Assembly: GCA_964016885.1 (NCBI GenBank)
Contig: OZ024743.1
Span: 282,658,001 to 282,722,000 of the forward strand
DNA: 64,000 nucleotides
Source: Eledone cirrhosa
Taxonomy: Eukaryota
Direction of reading: 5' to 3'
Made by a program: the position numbers and the translations under genes. The notes beneath the pieces are model-generated. The model saw nothing but the letters and a program-made list of their open reading frames with translations, was not told the origin of the DNA and did no database searches. This document shows positions 38,801 to 50,535 of this stretch, piece by piece (the first letter of the stretch is position 1; every line of letters starts with the position of its first letter).

Positions 38801-40204
38801 GTATTGATCCCAGTATTTGACTAATATGTTTCATCCAACCCAAAAGATGAAAAGTAAATTCAGCCTTGCAATATTTAAGCTCAAAACGTAATAAATAATA
38901 AGATAAGGATTTTTCTAACAAGAATATTATCTTAGTTACTTTTAATCATAGAATTACAGCTGTTGTCAATTTTCTTTTCCTCTTTGATAAAAGAAAAAGT
39001 TCAAATAATTACAAAATAAAATCTACTGCCTAGAAATAGTTTAGAGCAAAACTTTCTCTACTCTTATAAAATGTTATATTGTATATAAAGAATATTATAG
39101 AAAGATAGCCCCCAATCCCTAAAGAGTGAAATAAAATAAAAAGAAAATTATGAAGAAAAAAAAAGAAAAAATAGACATATGGAATGAATATGTAATAGTA
39201 AGTATTTTACAGATATATATATATATATATAGGGGTCAATTACTAAAGCCTTCTGGGACATTTGAAGGGCTCAATTAATAAAAGGGTCTATTCAAGAGGA
39301 AATTACTAAATTACTTCCACTTGCAATTTGAGGCAGTTGGCATTTCAAGGATGGATCCAATCAGACTAGTTGTAAAAAGACATACTCATGGGAGAGAAAT
39401 ACTCATGGGACATGTCTTAAAAATAATATACTGAAATAAATAAATACTTCATCTGAAAATATAGATTCAGAAACCATCAAATGAAATTGTATCAATATAG
39501 AATGAGAAACAGATGAATTAATAAATCTCACAGGAAAAAAAAAATGTTCTCGATAAAATTCATTCTTTAAAATGAATTCATTCAAAAACACATGAAAAAG
39601 ATAAAAGGAAGAAAAATATAACTTTTTTCTTTTCTTTTTACATAAAATTAATATGAATGCTGAATGAAATGAAACATTTATTAACTCTTAATTTGTTAAG
39701 ATAAATTTGAATTTATTTTGTGTATGAATCATAAGGGCATAAGCAACATGAATCAAAGACAGAAAGCAAAAATGGAATCTTAACATTTCAATGAATAGCT
39801 TAAAACTTTTACTTGTGGAAAGCTTATTAAATAAAACAATCATATTTAAATGAACATGTTTACATAGTAAAACACACATACACGGTTGACAAACTTGAGA
39901 ATGTAGGTTCAATTTCTAAATAGCTATCTGTATCCCCTCACACACACGCACTCCATCCCTATTTCTTTATAAACATTCTAAATATTTTGGAGCTATACAT
40001 GTTTGGCAAGTGAGTTATCCTGAGCCCAAGAATTGAAACAGAAGCAATTACATCATGGAAGAGCTATTTATAAAATGGACAAAAACTGTTATGTTCACTT
40101 TTCATAGATTTATTTGGTGCTATCAAAGTTTTTGTCAACCCTCTGTGACCCAATCACTGAAACGATTCCTCTGCAGAGATGCGACAGAAAGCTTAACACC
40201 ACTA

Positions 40205-40521
40205 AATAATTGTTTCTACTTTAGGCACAAGGCCAGCAAATTACCCAGTGGATTACTGGTACTTTATTTTATCGACCCCGTAAGGATGAAAGGCAAAGTC
40301 AACCTCGGCGGGATTTGAACTCAGATCGTAAAGGGACGTAACTATGCTGGAAAGCATGGCGTCCGACCCTGCTTTCCAGCATAGTTACGTCCCTTTACGA
40401 TCTGAGTTCAAATCCCGCCGAGGTTGACTTTGCCTTTCATCCTTACGGGGTCGATAAAATAAAGTACCAGTAATCCACTGGGTAATTTGCTGGCCTTGTG
40501 CCTAAAGTAGAAACAATTATT
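40205..40521. mobile_element. Head-to-head dimer of a Deu/Nin-domain SINE forming a perfect palindrome, with an 18-bp TSD
   Basis: Arms 40205-40356 and 40370-40521 (152 bp, no mismatch seen). B-box gagttcaaatcc and Nin-like gcctttcatcctt..ggtcgataaaat. Direct repeat ttaacaccactaaataat at 40193-40210 and 40520-40537. Monomeric relatives lie near 6690-6790, 15940-16035, 22680-22750, 37500-37570, 38650-38720 and 45430-45530. Confidence 0.92.
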
Positions 40522-41649
40522 AACACCACTAAATAATGAGAAGTAAATATAACGGATTTTTTAAACTTTTCAAATAAAAAAAAAACAAAAGGAAAATTAG
40601 CATTCCCCATGAAATGTTGTACGAGAGATTTTTATAAACCATTAGAAAAGATGAAAAGGTCCCTGAATTTCTGAAACAGAGGTTAATTCAATTTGGACAG
40701 ATTGTTTATCCTCTCAAGTTTCTATTTCCTTTTCCTTATCCCCATCCACACACACATTAATAAAAGCCCTAACAATAAATTTACACATGACCATTGGGGT
40801 ACAAATTTCATGTAAGTATGCTAAAATACAAAATATAAAACATTCTTTTTTTTTTAAATCAGCTTTATAGCAATTAGACAAAGCAAGTACAAAACTACAC
40901 ATTTAACCTAAATAAACTATAAAGTAGCATCAACTTATAAAATAACTTTTTTTTTTATATTCAAAAACTATAAATTTAGCTCATTTCAATAAATTATTTC
41001 CTTTTATAACCAAAAGCTAAGCTTTATATGTGCGTGTGCGTGCGAAGTCGCTCATCAGCATTACTGGTAACATGTAACCCAGTTCAACCTGAGCATGGTC
41101 AGGTTGTTGGCGACTAAACCAACAACCACACCAAGCTTGTTTGGTGAGGAGGGTGATTTTGGACACCCTGCTGGATGAAAAACAAAACCTGTCAAAGGGC
41201 AGAACACAGGAGAGTTTTTGTGGAGCAAGAGACTCCTAGTCTTCATTAAGACATCTCTCTAGGAGAAGGTCACTGATATAAAACCTGTGACATCATTTGC
41301 ATCCAATGATGTAGACCAGTTCTTCATTTTGGGCAAATGCATTTGATGTTCTTCACTTAATAAAGCTTCAAGCACAGGCATCACTTGATATTTGACATTT
41401 TTACGATGCATGGTATAGCTGGCCATAGGCAAGTCCCGAGTAGGACAAAAAAGCCACATCCATGATGCTCATGCTTAAGTATCAAGCAATAGCATTACTT
41501 GAAATCAAGTTGCAGCCATTTTATATATATATATATAAATACCTGTTTTTTAAAATCCCTTGGCCAATTACATCTTCAAAATCACCACATTCCCCAACCA
41601 CCAGAAAACATAAATACCAACATATTACAATGTGAATTAGCTTTCCTAA

Positions 41650-41782
41650 TTTCTTTCAAATGAAACAGTTCTAGTAGAAGCCATTTCTATATTAAATTTT
41701 GTATATAAATTTATAAGTACTCAATACTAATGTATTGAGTACTTCACTTACTGTGGTTACCTCCGACTGAACTTGGGACTCA
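41650..41782 (+). mobile_element. Family H PLE-like terminus, single arm
   Basis: atgaaacagttctagtagaagccatttctata...gtattgagtac...ctgtggttac is homologous to the 26820 and 29903 elements and is followed by (TA)n. Confidence 0.65.
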
Positions 41783-41787
41783 AACAA

Positions 41788-41826
<39 letters not shown>

Positions 41827-41829
41827 AAT

Positions 41830-42032
41830 ATGAATTAGCGAGAATCGTATTTCGGCTAGTGAAAAACAACTTCCGAGATGTGTGGCAAGCGCTCAATAAA
41901 TTCTAACAAACTAGAGCTACAACATACGTTAAAAGGCCAAACACACTGAGACGTGGTTAAACCATTATCCGCACAGCCATAGAAACGACCAAGTAATTCG
42001 GGTCAAACAAATAAAAAAAATGTGATTGAAAA

Positions 42033-42036
<4 letters not shown>
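41830..42036 (+). mobile_element. Possible PLE 3' fragment between (TA)n tracts
   Basis: Short coding tail ELARIVFRLVKNNFRDVWQALNKF*, then CTGAGA-(gtggtt...agccat)-a-GAAAC and AATAAA. Confidence 0.4.
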
Positions 42037-42071
<35 letters not shown>

Positions 42072-42302
42072 CAAGTATTGCACCAAGAAAAATATAAACA
42101 TCGGCATGAAAGGAGATTAGGAATTTTTTTGCTTTAACATATATATATATATTGTTATACTTTGGGAGGGTCATGTTGCCAATAAGAAACACGCACCAGT
42201 TGCTTTCACTTCAGTTTATTATAAATTAAATTTATAAATTTAGGAATTTATAAATTTCCGGTTGGTTGGTTGGTTCCACAACCAGACGATTGTTCATATA
42301 TT

Positions 42303-42345
42303 GTCAAAGTTCTTTCGTCACACATTCTGTGACCTCTTCAGTGAC
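42303..42345 (-). ncRNA. Minimal type-I hammerhead ribozyme in the PLE pLTR
   Basis: Minus strand: gtca-CTGAAGA-g-gtcaca(gaatg)tgtgac-GAAA-gaacttt-gac. Stem II is 6 bp and stem I is gtc/gac. Confidence 0.75.
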
Positions 42346-42544
42346 TGGGGATTCTTTTCTTTGTTTTTGTGCCTCTCCTTTGTTCTGTCCTACGCCATCT
42401 TGTTTTTGTGTGTGTTGTGTGCTTAGTTTGTGCATGTGTTACATCCGGGTGTCTGTGTGTGTTTATATTTGTTTATTTATTCGTTTATTTACATGTTACT
42501 GGTTGGTTGTTTGTTCTATGTGTGTGTGTGTTTTCATTTTGTCC

Positions 42545-43545
42545 TTAATTGTAAGTTGTGATGTTGCTGTTCCATTCGTGTTTTCTATTTAATTTTGGTT
42601 GGAGTTCATTTATGTTTATTGTCTCTGTGATTTGTCTAAACCTTGCGTCTTTTCTGTGTGTAGATTCTATTTTTATTTCTATGTTCTCTAATTTACCCTT
42701 ATGTTCTATTTTAGCATGTTGGTGGAGTACAGATGATTCTTTACTATCTTGAAGCTCTCGCCAGTGTTCACTTATCCGTTCCCCTATACTACGAGCTGTC
42801 TCACCTATGTACACTATATTCTTATCTCTACATTGTCCTTCAGTACATCTTATGCTATATACTACATTTCTAGTTTTACAGTTAATATGTGGGCTTAATT
42901 TACAGATTATTCATTTTTTATCTATACAAGCAGGTCTTTGAAAAGGGTATGTATTGCTAATAAGTATTTTTATGGAGGTACCTGGTCTTTCTACTATCTT
43001 AATATTGAGTTTATGTTTATCTAGGGCCCTTCTAAATTTGTGAGCTAATTCACCTCTAGGGGTTGTATCGATGAACATTACACTCTGGTATTTATTGCTA
43101 TCATACCATGAGTTTATTCTATTAACCTTATTCCTAGTTCTTTCTATTCTATTCCAAAATTTGCTCCTATACAAGGGGCAGGTCCCATTTGTATCATTAT
43201 TTACCATTTTTTCCCATTTGGTTCTGGCTCCTCTATATACTCTGATTTTATCTCTGATTGTAACCAGAGAACTGCATACGGTGGATGAAGTGTTGTATGT
43301 GTCTCTCTAGTTCTTTGGGGTTGCACATGCGGGACACGTTTCTCATCACCCGTACCAAATCCGCAATCAGTATGTTGATTTTGGTATGGTCCGAAACAGC
43401 TGAGTTTCGGTGGATCAGATATTTGGAAGTCATGGGTTTGGCATAATGGAAATGGAGGATTTGTTTTTTGTTATTAATGGTATCTAACCAGAGCTCTGCA
43501 TCTAGTACAGGTAATCGATGGTTGGGGTGTTTGCTTGGGTAGTCT
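42545..43545 (-). pseudogene. PLE RT C-terminus + zinc finger + GIY-YIG endonuclease (one frameshift near 43250, in-frame TGA at 42911-42913)
   Basis: DYPSKHPNHRLPVLD, HYAKPMTS, RMQFSGY, PLYRSKFW, FIDTTPRGEL, KIVERPG, C-IDKK-*-IIC, CKTRNVVYSIRC, YIGETARSIGERISEH, LNRKHEW. Confidence 0.88.
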
Positions 43546-43948
43546 ATATGAACAATCGTCTGGTTGTGGAACCAACCAACCAACTGGAAATTTATAAATT
43601 TAATTTATAATAAATTGAAGTGAAAGCAACTGGTGCGTGTGTTTCTTATTGGCAACATGACCCTCCCAAAGTATAACAATATCAGTTTCAACACACGTTT
43701 TCAGATAAAGAATCTTGCTAAACAAATTCAGAAACGAAATATATATATATATAAAACTTAGCTTTTAGTTATAAAAGGAAATAATTTATTACCTAAATTT
43801 ATAGGTTTTGATTATAAAAAGCAAAGTTATATATAAAGACTTTAAAAAAAAAAGCTTAAAAGAAAAGCTTAATAAACCAATTATTTATTTCAAATTAAGA
43901 TATATATATATATAAAGCTTAATACAAACAATATTTGAGCCAACTTAC

Positions 43949-44033
43949 TCTGCTTTGGATTTTGGTGTTTGTAGCTATCCTTCGATTTTCGGGAGTATCA
44001 GCAACTGAAGTAAATTTTGTTGTTGGATAATGC
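43949..44033 (-). CDS. LASP1: Lasp next exon (end of LIM, start of the nebulin-repeat region)
   Basis: Minus strand reads tcttccattcag|GCATTATCCA...CAAAGCAGA|gtaagt and translates HYPTTKFTSVADTPENRRIATNTKIQSR, matching LASP1 [28 protein letters not shown]. Phase is compatible with the 95-bp exon (GC|G = Ala); length 85 bp. Confidence 0.95.
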
Positions 44034-44107
44034 CTGAATGGAAGAAAGAAAAGCATGAAGTCTCCTGTAACAATGTTTTGAGAAAAAATACATCGTACAC
44101 TATAAAA

Positions 44108-44251
44108 CAGTGGTCGGCAACCAGTAGTCCAAGAGAAAATTAGGTTGTCCGCAGAAAAATGTTAATGTATTTATCTTTTTTAAAAAATTCATTAGTGGTC
44201 CGCAGGATTTAAAATTATGAATTTAGTGGTCTGTGAGGTTGGTGACGGATG
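44108..44251. mobile_element. hAT-type MITE with an 8-bp TSD
   Basis: CAGTGGTCGGCAACC...GGTTGGTGACGGATG termini, with ctataaaa repeated at 44100-44107 and 44252-44259. Confidence 0.75.
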
Positions 44252-44639
44252 CTATAAAACATGAATTAATCCTGTGTAATATTGATTTAGGGTATATACT
44301 GGAGTTTCTCAAAGGGATTCCAAGGAACACCAAGGTTTCATGAACAAATTCTGATGTTTCACAAGATGAGGTGTCTTTTAATGAAATCCAATTTTCAATA
44401 TATTCCTGTTTCACACACACACACACACACACACACAATAAAAGACTGATAATTTTCAAGATATAAAGGACAAAGGACTGGGCATGCCATGGATGATGAT
44501 GTGCAAACATGTGCTGAGGCTATGTCATATCCAGCTTTTCCTTGATGCGGAACAGATGTAGTTGCCATTCACTAGACGCGTTTTTCACCAACTCATCTCT
44601 TTGACAGAGCTGCAGTCCTGGATCAAACAAAGACAGAGA

Positions 44640-45400
44640 GAGAGCACTTGGAAACTGGAATGTCATCAAGTACTCACAGCTCTCTGCTAATCAGACAGTA
44701 CAATCAGATTGGTGGAAACTCCACCTTCGCATTCTGTAGAGGGTTAGTGACAGGTAAAAGCAATGATGTTCTTGGGCTTCGATGAAAATCAACTAGCCAC
44801 TCTTTTCCAGAAGACTTCAGTCCTGGGCCCATAGATAATATCCAGAAATCCTTGGCCTGGCAGTGCTACCAGGGAGCATTGCCAGTTAGAGATAATCTCT
44901 ACAGGCATGGAAATACCGTTAGCCACACTAGTTGAGTGTCCGAATATTGCTGACTTGTGGGTTGATGTTGAACACCTGCTGTCACATTTAAACAGATCCG
45001 GATATCATCTGAGTCCATCGTGAAGATTGCTCTGCCCTCTTCCTTTAGCCAGGAAGGACAGGTAGCTTTTATCTACCTGGTGGCCATGGTGAAAAGGCCA
45101 GTGTGGTGACACTTTTGAAAGGGTTGAAGACAAGTACTTTTCTCTTTGGTGAAGCTCTGATTAACTTCTTCAGGCTTCACTTGAAAAGGAAAATTAGGGT
45201 GGGGATAGAAGTGCTACCTTCCAACCAGTTTCTAGAAAGGTGGGTGAAAGTGACAAGCATATTCCAGTGGATAGGTTTGCTTTGAGTATACACCTGTAAA
45301 TTGGAGAACTGGGAGAGGGCACTAGTGATCAGGCTTTTTGTGGCCTTTCTCCATGAGTGAGCCTCAGGTCTCGCCTTATTGGGGAATTTGTTTTTGTTTG
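44640..45400 (+). mobile_element. Degenerate Tx1/L1-clade LINE 3' remnant
   Basis: Interrupted peptides SLAWQCYQGALPVRDNLYRHG, ECPNIADLW, LVAMVKRPVW and FFRLHLKRKIRV...FLERWV, consistent with the zf-RVT region and C-terminus of L1/Tx1 ORF2. Confidence 0.7.
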
Positions 45401-48400
45401 TTTAATTTTAAAATGTTTATTCAAAATGCCTTTCGTCCTTGCGGGGTCGATAAAATAAAGCACCATTAATGCTTTCCCCTCCCACAAATTGCTTGCCTTG
45501 TGCCTATAGTAGAAATCATTTTTATTATTATTATATGTTGCAGTAGGTGAATGATAGCATCATTGGTCACAAGGTTCAAATGGGCTGCAAGAGTGTCAAA
45601 AAATTAGTTGCATAATGACTCAAGCAGAACAAATACAGTGTATGGTATTTTTATTTGAAAGTAGTGGCTTGGCTTTTCAGTTATACATATTTCACTAATA
45701 TACACCAGTGAAAAACACACACACACACGAATAGCTTCCACAGTTTTCATCTACAATTTTCTATTCATTTAAAAAAAAAAAAAACTGGCTTGGGCTGTAC
45801 TGACTGGTGATGTACAATGATAACTAGTCATGCCTATTGCTATATAAATTGATTTTATCTTACAAACATGGAGACTTGAATGAAGAGGTTTGTAAACTTA
45901 TTTATACCAAGAAAACTATAAAAGCGAGTGAATAGGCTGAGTGAACTAAATATTTTACCTGTTCAGGTGTTCTCATTGGCTACATTCTACACCAATACAA
46001 ATTGAATAGCAAATTCATGAGCCTCACTCAACCAGTCATCCTAGTTACCTAATCATAGCTGAGTTCAGAAAGCCATATACCACTTATTTTGGCAAAATAC
46101 TATGCTGTAGTGCATATTATTTCCATGGAATATATATCATCATCGTTTAATGTCTATTTTCCAAACTAGCATGGGTTAGACAAGTTGTCCTATTGGAGGC
46201 AAGTCGGGCCAGGTGACTATGTCTTACTTATACAGAACTTTCTGGCTTGGTTTATATGGCTGGATGCTCTTTCTAATGCCAACCACATTTACAGTGAGTG
46301 CTGGGTGCTTTTTGTTGTGATATCTTCACGACCACTTTACATTGAAGGCTGGGTGTTTTTTGTCATGACACCTACACAACCACTTTACAGTGTAGGTTGG
46401 ATACATACACACATACACACACACAGATACACATATATATGACAGAATTCGTTTATAGTTTCCTTCAACCAAATTCAGTCACTAAACATTGATCAATCCA
46501 AAGCTATAATAGATAACACTTGCCCAAGGTGCCACACAGCAGAGTGCAGATTGAAGCTGTTTTCTCATTAAGTCTTAACCTACGACAGTTTGAACTAAAC
46601 ATCAACTACACCTTATTGACATAAGCATCACAGCCTCATATTTGCTAGTTCTTCCACTTCAGAATATTAGCATAGATAGATACATGTAAAAATGATTTGG
46701 TAGGATAGGCTTTAATTCTATTTAATATCTCTGATTGCTTAGATCAATGCAAAGTTACCCATTATAGTTGAGCATCTCTTATCTTCATTATAATAATTGA
46801 ATATAAATATATAATTCATAACATTACTTTGACTAGACATATAATTGAAATAACCCCTTTTTCAACTTCAGTACAGTAAGCTTACCAAATAATGACAACC
46901 TTTGGGATTTTAAATGATGTTATTCTGAATTTTCCATTGTCTAGGAAATTTTATTTAATGCAGTTATTATGGAAATGAATCATGGGTAAAGTAAATAAGA
47001 AATAGAACTGCAGCACGATAAATACTACTTTATTAGCCAGACAGTAAGCAATTAGAGAAAATAAATAAATAAATAAATAAACACCTTGCGAAATTGTAGA
47101 TATAAAGAGACTAGTGCAACAATGCAGTAGTTAGAAAAGAAAAAAAATGAAAATTACAGTTCACACTTATACGCAAGTTTAGCTGGCCTCCTGTGAGGTC
47201 ACATCTCATAGGTTTCTTTGTTTGTTTTAATAATAGTGGGTCCCAGTCCAATCATCAAAAATATGAAATGGAGAGTCTTGCTCAAGACACAACACATTAC
47301 CCAGTCCAGGAATTGAACCTATGACCCTATATATGGTTGTGAGGTTTAACATCCTAACTACTAGGCTACATACTTTCACTGATTTATATTGTGAACTATA
47401 AACAATGATGTAACAGTTGTTTTAAAAATAACATTTTTTTTAAATATGGAAAATTTGCCACACCTTCCAATAAAACAGTGTAAATAACCCAATGGTCAGA
47501 TATTTTGAGGGCTACGAACATAACCTTAAAGTGTATTTGTTGCCATGAAAGTTTATAAATTAGGATAGTAGCAAGTCTGAAGTTCAAAGAACTGGCTGGA
47601 AACTACTAAAAATAGAAGAAAAAAAATAACCTATTAAATACTGCTAAGTTATTTCTCAAGATGAAGATAATTTTAAATGTATGTAAGTAAGTAGTCCTCA
47701 ACTACAAAAGATCTAACACATATTAGACATCATTAGTGTGAAAACACTTATTTCAAATGGGAGTCAATGAGTTGAATGATTTATCAAAAATTACAATTTA
47801 ATGCCTGTTTCATAATCTTTTAAAAATACACTGAATGGTGATTTGGAAACCATTTTTAAAACTCAACAGTACTCTAGCTGAGGCCATTGACTCAATATAG
47901 ATGTTAAGAGATCCAACTGAATGTTTATTTGACCTGAAATAAAGAAAGATCATAATTTCATATCTAATTATAATAAGCATTTTTATAGTCTGTGCTGTTG
48001 GGCAATGCTATGTTCTCAAAACAGTCTGTGACAAAGTTTCAGTATTCAGTTGATGCTACTTAATTTTATGATACTCTTGGAAAAAAGCATAATTGTCACA
48101 GCCTCACATCACCCATCTTGATAAATCTAATGCATTGTAAGAAGTAAAAAAATTAATCTGCCAACCGTTGCTAAATCAGTAGTTCCCAAACAGTTATATT
48201 TCCCCACTTTATCTTTTACATTTCATGAAAATGACCTTCAGTTTTTCTTGAGTGGATATATTCATTGTCAGATGATTGAATCAATTACCTAAGATTTCAT
48301 GATCAAAAGAATTTATCATTGGATGACAAGCTCTATTGACTTTTAGAGGAAGACAATTAAATACAGCTACTTTTATAGCACTTCCTACAGGAAAAGTTCA

Positions 48401-50269
48401 ACTTAATATTGCAAGTTAAACTACAGCAGTAAGCTGTTTCACAATGATGTCTATTTTCAGCCATATGAGATTTGTCTTAGTCACAGACAAGATACAGTGC
48501 TAGTAACACTGATCTCTTATTTATTAACCTATTGACACAGCTATAATACACACAAAGACCCTGAAGATAGAGTTCATACTTTGAAAGCCTGTGGTGGAAC
48601 TTCTGTTGGCTTAAACAATAAGCATTCGGTTGTTCAATCAACTGAACAACCTTTATGTTAAATAAACATGTATGTTGCTTCGTATTTCACAGACACATGT
48701 ACCCTCAATATAATTCTGAGTGTGACAGTAAGGCTGAACTTTTGAATTACAAGTACAATCCATCCAATAGGTTTCAACAAAATTTTCATCTACCCAATTT
48801 CACTTGCAGCATTGAGTCAACCTGTGGTCACACTTGCCGTAGATGCAGTGAGATCAAAGCCATAATCACATGACTGTGGTGTGAACCTCTTAACCACTCA
48901 ACCATGCTGATTGACATGTCCTCAAAATTAATATTATACCAAATAATCTCTCTCTGTCTCTTCTACCATTACTACAACAGCATCTTCTCCATTTGCTGAC
49001 TTTATACCATTATAACTACCACCATGCTCCATCCCCACTCAATACATCTGCCTTTATGCATCTGCACAACATCTCTATTTACTCCATTTCAAATCCCCAC
49101 CACCATACTACATAGTTCCTCCAAATTCCATTTCCTATAACAGTATCCTTTTTATAACACCCACTCACATCCTTATTTTCCCTCCAATCCTTACAGCGCA
49201 TCAATTCAAATTCAGTAATCACCTCATCCAGTTATCCTTCTCCTCCTCCCAACCCCTTCACTCTAGGAAATAAATCAGACCAACAAAGAAGTTAGTAAAA
49301 CCAAACTTTGTGTATGTGTACCCACCAGTCCATTTAAAACTAAACTAAATATGGATATTTACTGAGACCCATTATCAAAATATGTTTCCAATCTTTACAT
49401 CTCTCTCCAATTTTAATACAATATATACAATGGAAATTAGAACAGCAATGTTTATATTTTATTATTCTAATCTTAGCTCGCTCCCTCCTCCTTTCTCTCA
49501 GAGAGAGAGACAGCTTTTCAAGCAACTTCCTACATAACTGCTCACATCTTGACCTGTGACATACAAACATACTTTGTCGTCAAAAAGTAAAGGGGAAAGG
49601 ACAGGAAAAGAGTTTGTAAAGCACCTCCTAGTTAGTTGGCCTTTTTGTTTTTGTTTGTTTGGGGATGTTTTTATACCACATTAGTAGCTTAAAGGAATTT
49701 GAAATTGATGAAGGATTTTTTCCCTATACTAGGCACATTGTCAAACAATTTTTTATTTTGAAAATAAAAAGAAAACTTAAAATTGCTTTAAAAAAAAGAA
49801 AAAGAAAGGAAAAAAAATGAACTGCATATGTCAATTTAACTGCTTAGAAATATATTAAAACCTTAAACCTTGTCTCAGATGTGGCATGCTGTGTAGATCA
49901 ATATGTAAAAATCTTGGTGAGTGAAATATTCAAGCTAGTTTCAATTCCAAGTTGAGGCCTCTTCACTTCACTCATAACTAATATCCTTCAGAAGGGGATA
50001 TAAACTTGATAGTATTCCATTATCCATTGCCTATTAGTATAGCATCTAACTAATAAAAGCTAGTAGATACAGTTATAGATACAATTATATATTTTGATAT
50101 ACGAGTAAATACAGTTATTTAAAAGTTTACACATATTGAAGCCATCGCAAATAGAGTTCTTTTATAAGACACAAAAATGGAAAGAAAGATAGTGCAATTC
50201 CTAGAGCATAGAACTTAGCATTGTAAACATAACAAACAAATATATATTTAGCTATCATGTCAGTTCATT

Positions 50270-50535
50270 GTTGTATTGGATGAGGAGAATGCACAAGAGA
50301 AAGGGGGCTTGCTCCAAATAGACACAGTCAAGCTACTCAAGTTGATAGCGATACAATTGATAGAATAACTAAGGCAAGAAAAGCATGTTGATCATCAAGT
50401 ATTGCCATTGAATTGCTGAAAATATTTGGCAAGGTGGGTTACATGTTAGTCTTGCACATAGTCAATTAGGTATTATAGGAAGGTGTCATATCAATGACTG
50501 ATGCCATAGTATCACTGAAAACTGCTATAAGGGTA
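50270..50535 (+). mobile_element. Old RTE LINE fragment; further old RTE 3' remnants at 58135-58632 and 63130-63515
   Basis: Degenerate similarity to family A, e.g. ELREKLSIRRIRC...RRLLWYGHVM at 63.2 kb, plus (GAT)n tails. Confidence 0.7.

Larger units (their letters stand above)
42149..43740 (-). mobile_element. Naiad-type Penelope-like element, 5'-truncated, with an inverted pLTR copy, in (TA)n
   Basis: Minus-strand RT thumb, linker and GIY-YIG coding region. Inverted repeats at about 42149-42300 and 43544-43682; the latter extends about 60 bp further. Hammerhead in the 3' UTR. Confidence 0.9.

Noticed and set aside
42240-42540. SECIS candidates (ATGAA at about 42297 and 42537, minus strand)
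   Set aside because: I could not form the AUGA/GA quartet with an 11-12 bp helix and apical AA by eye, so they are not reported as features.
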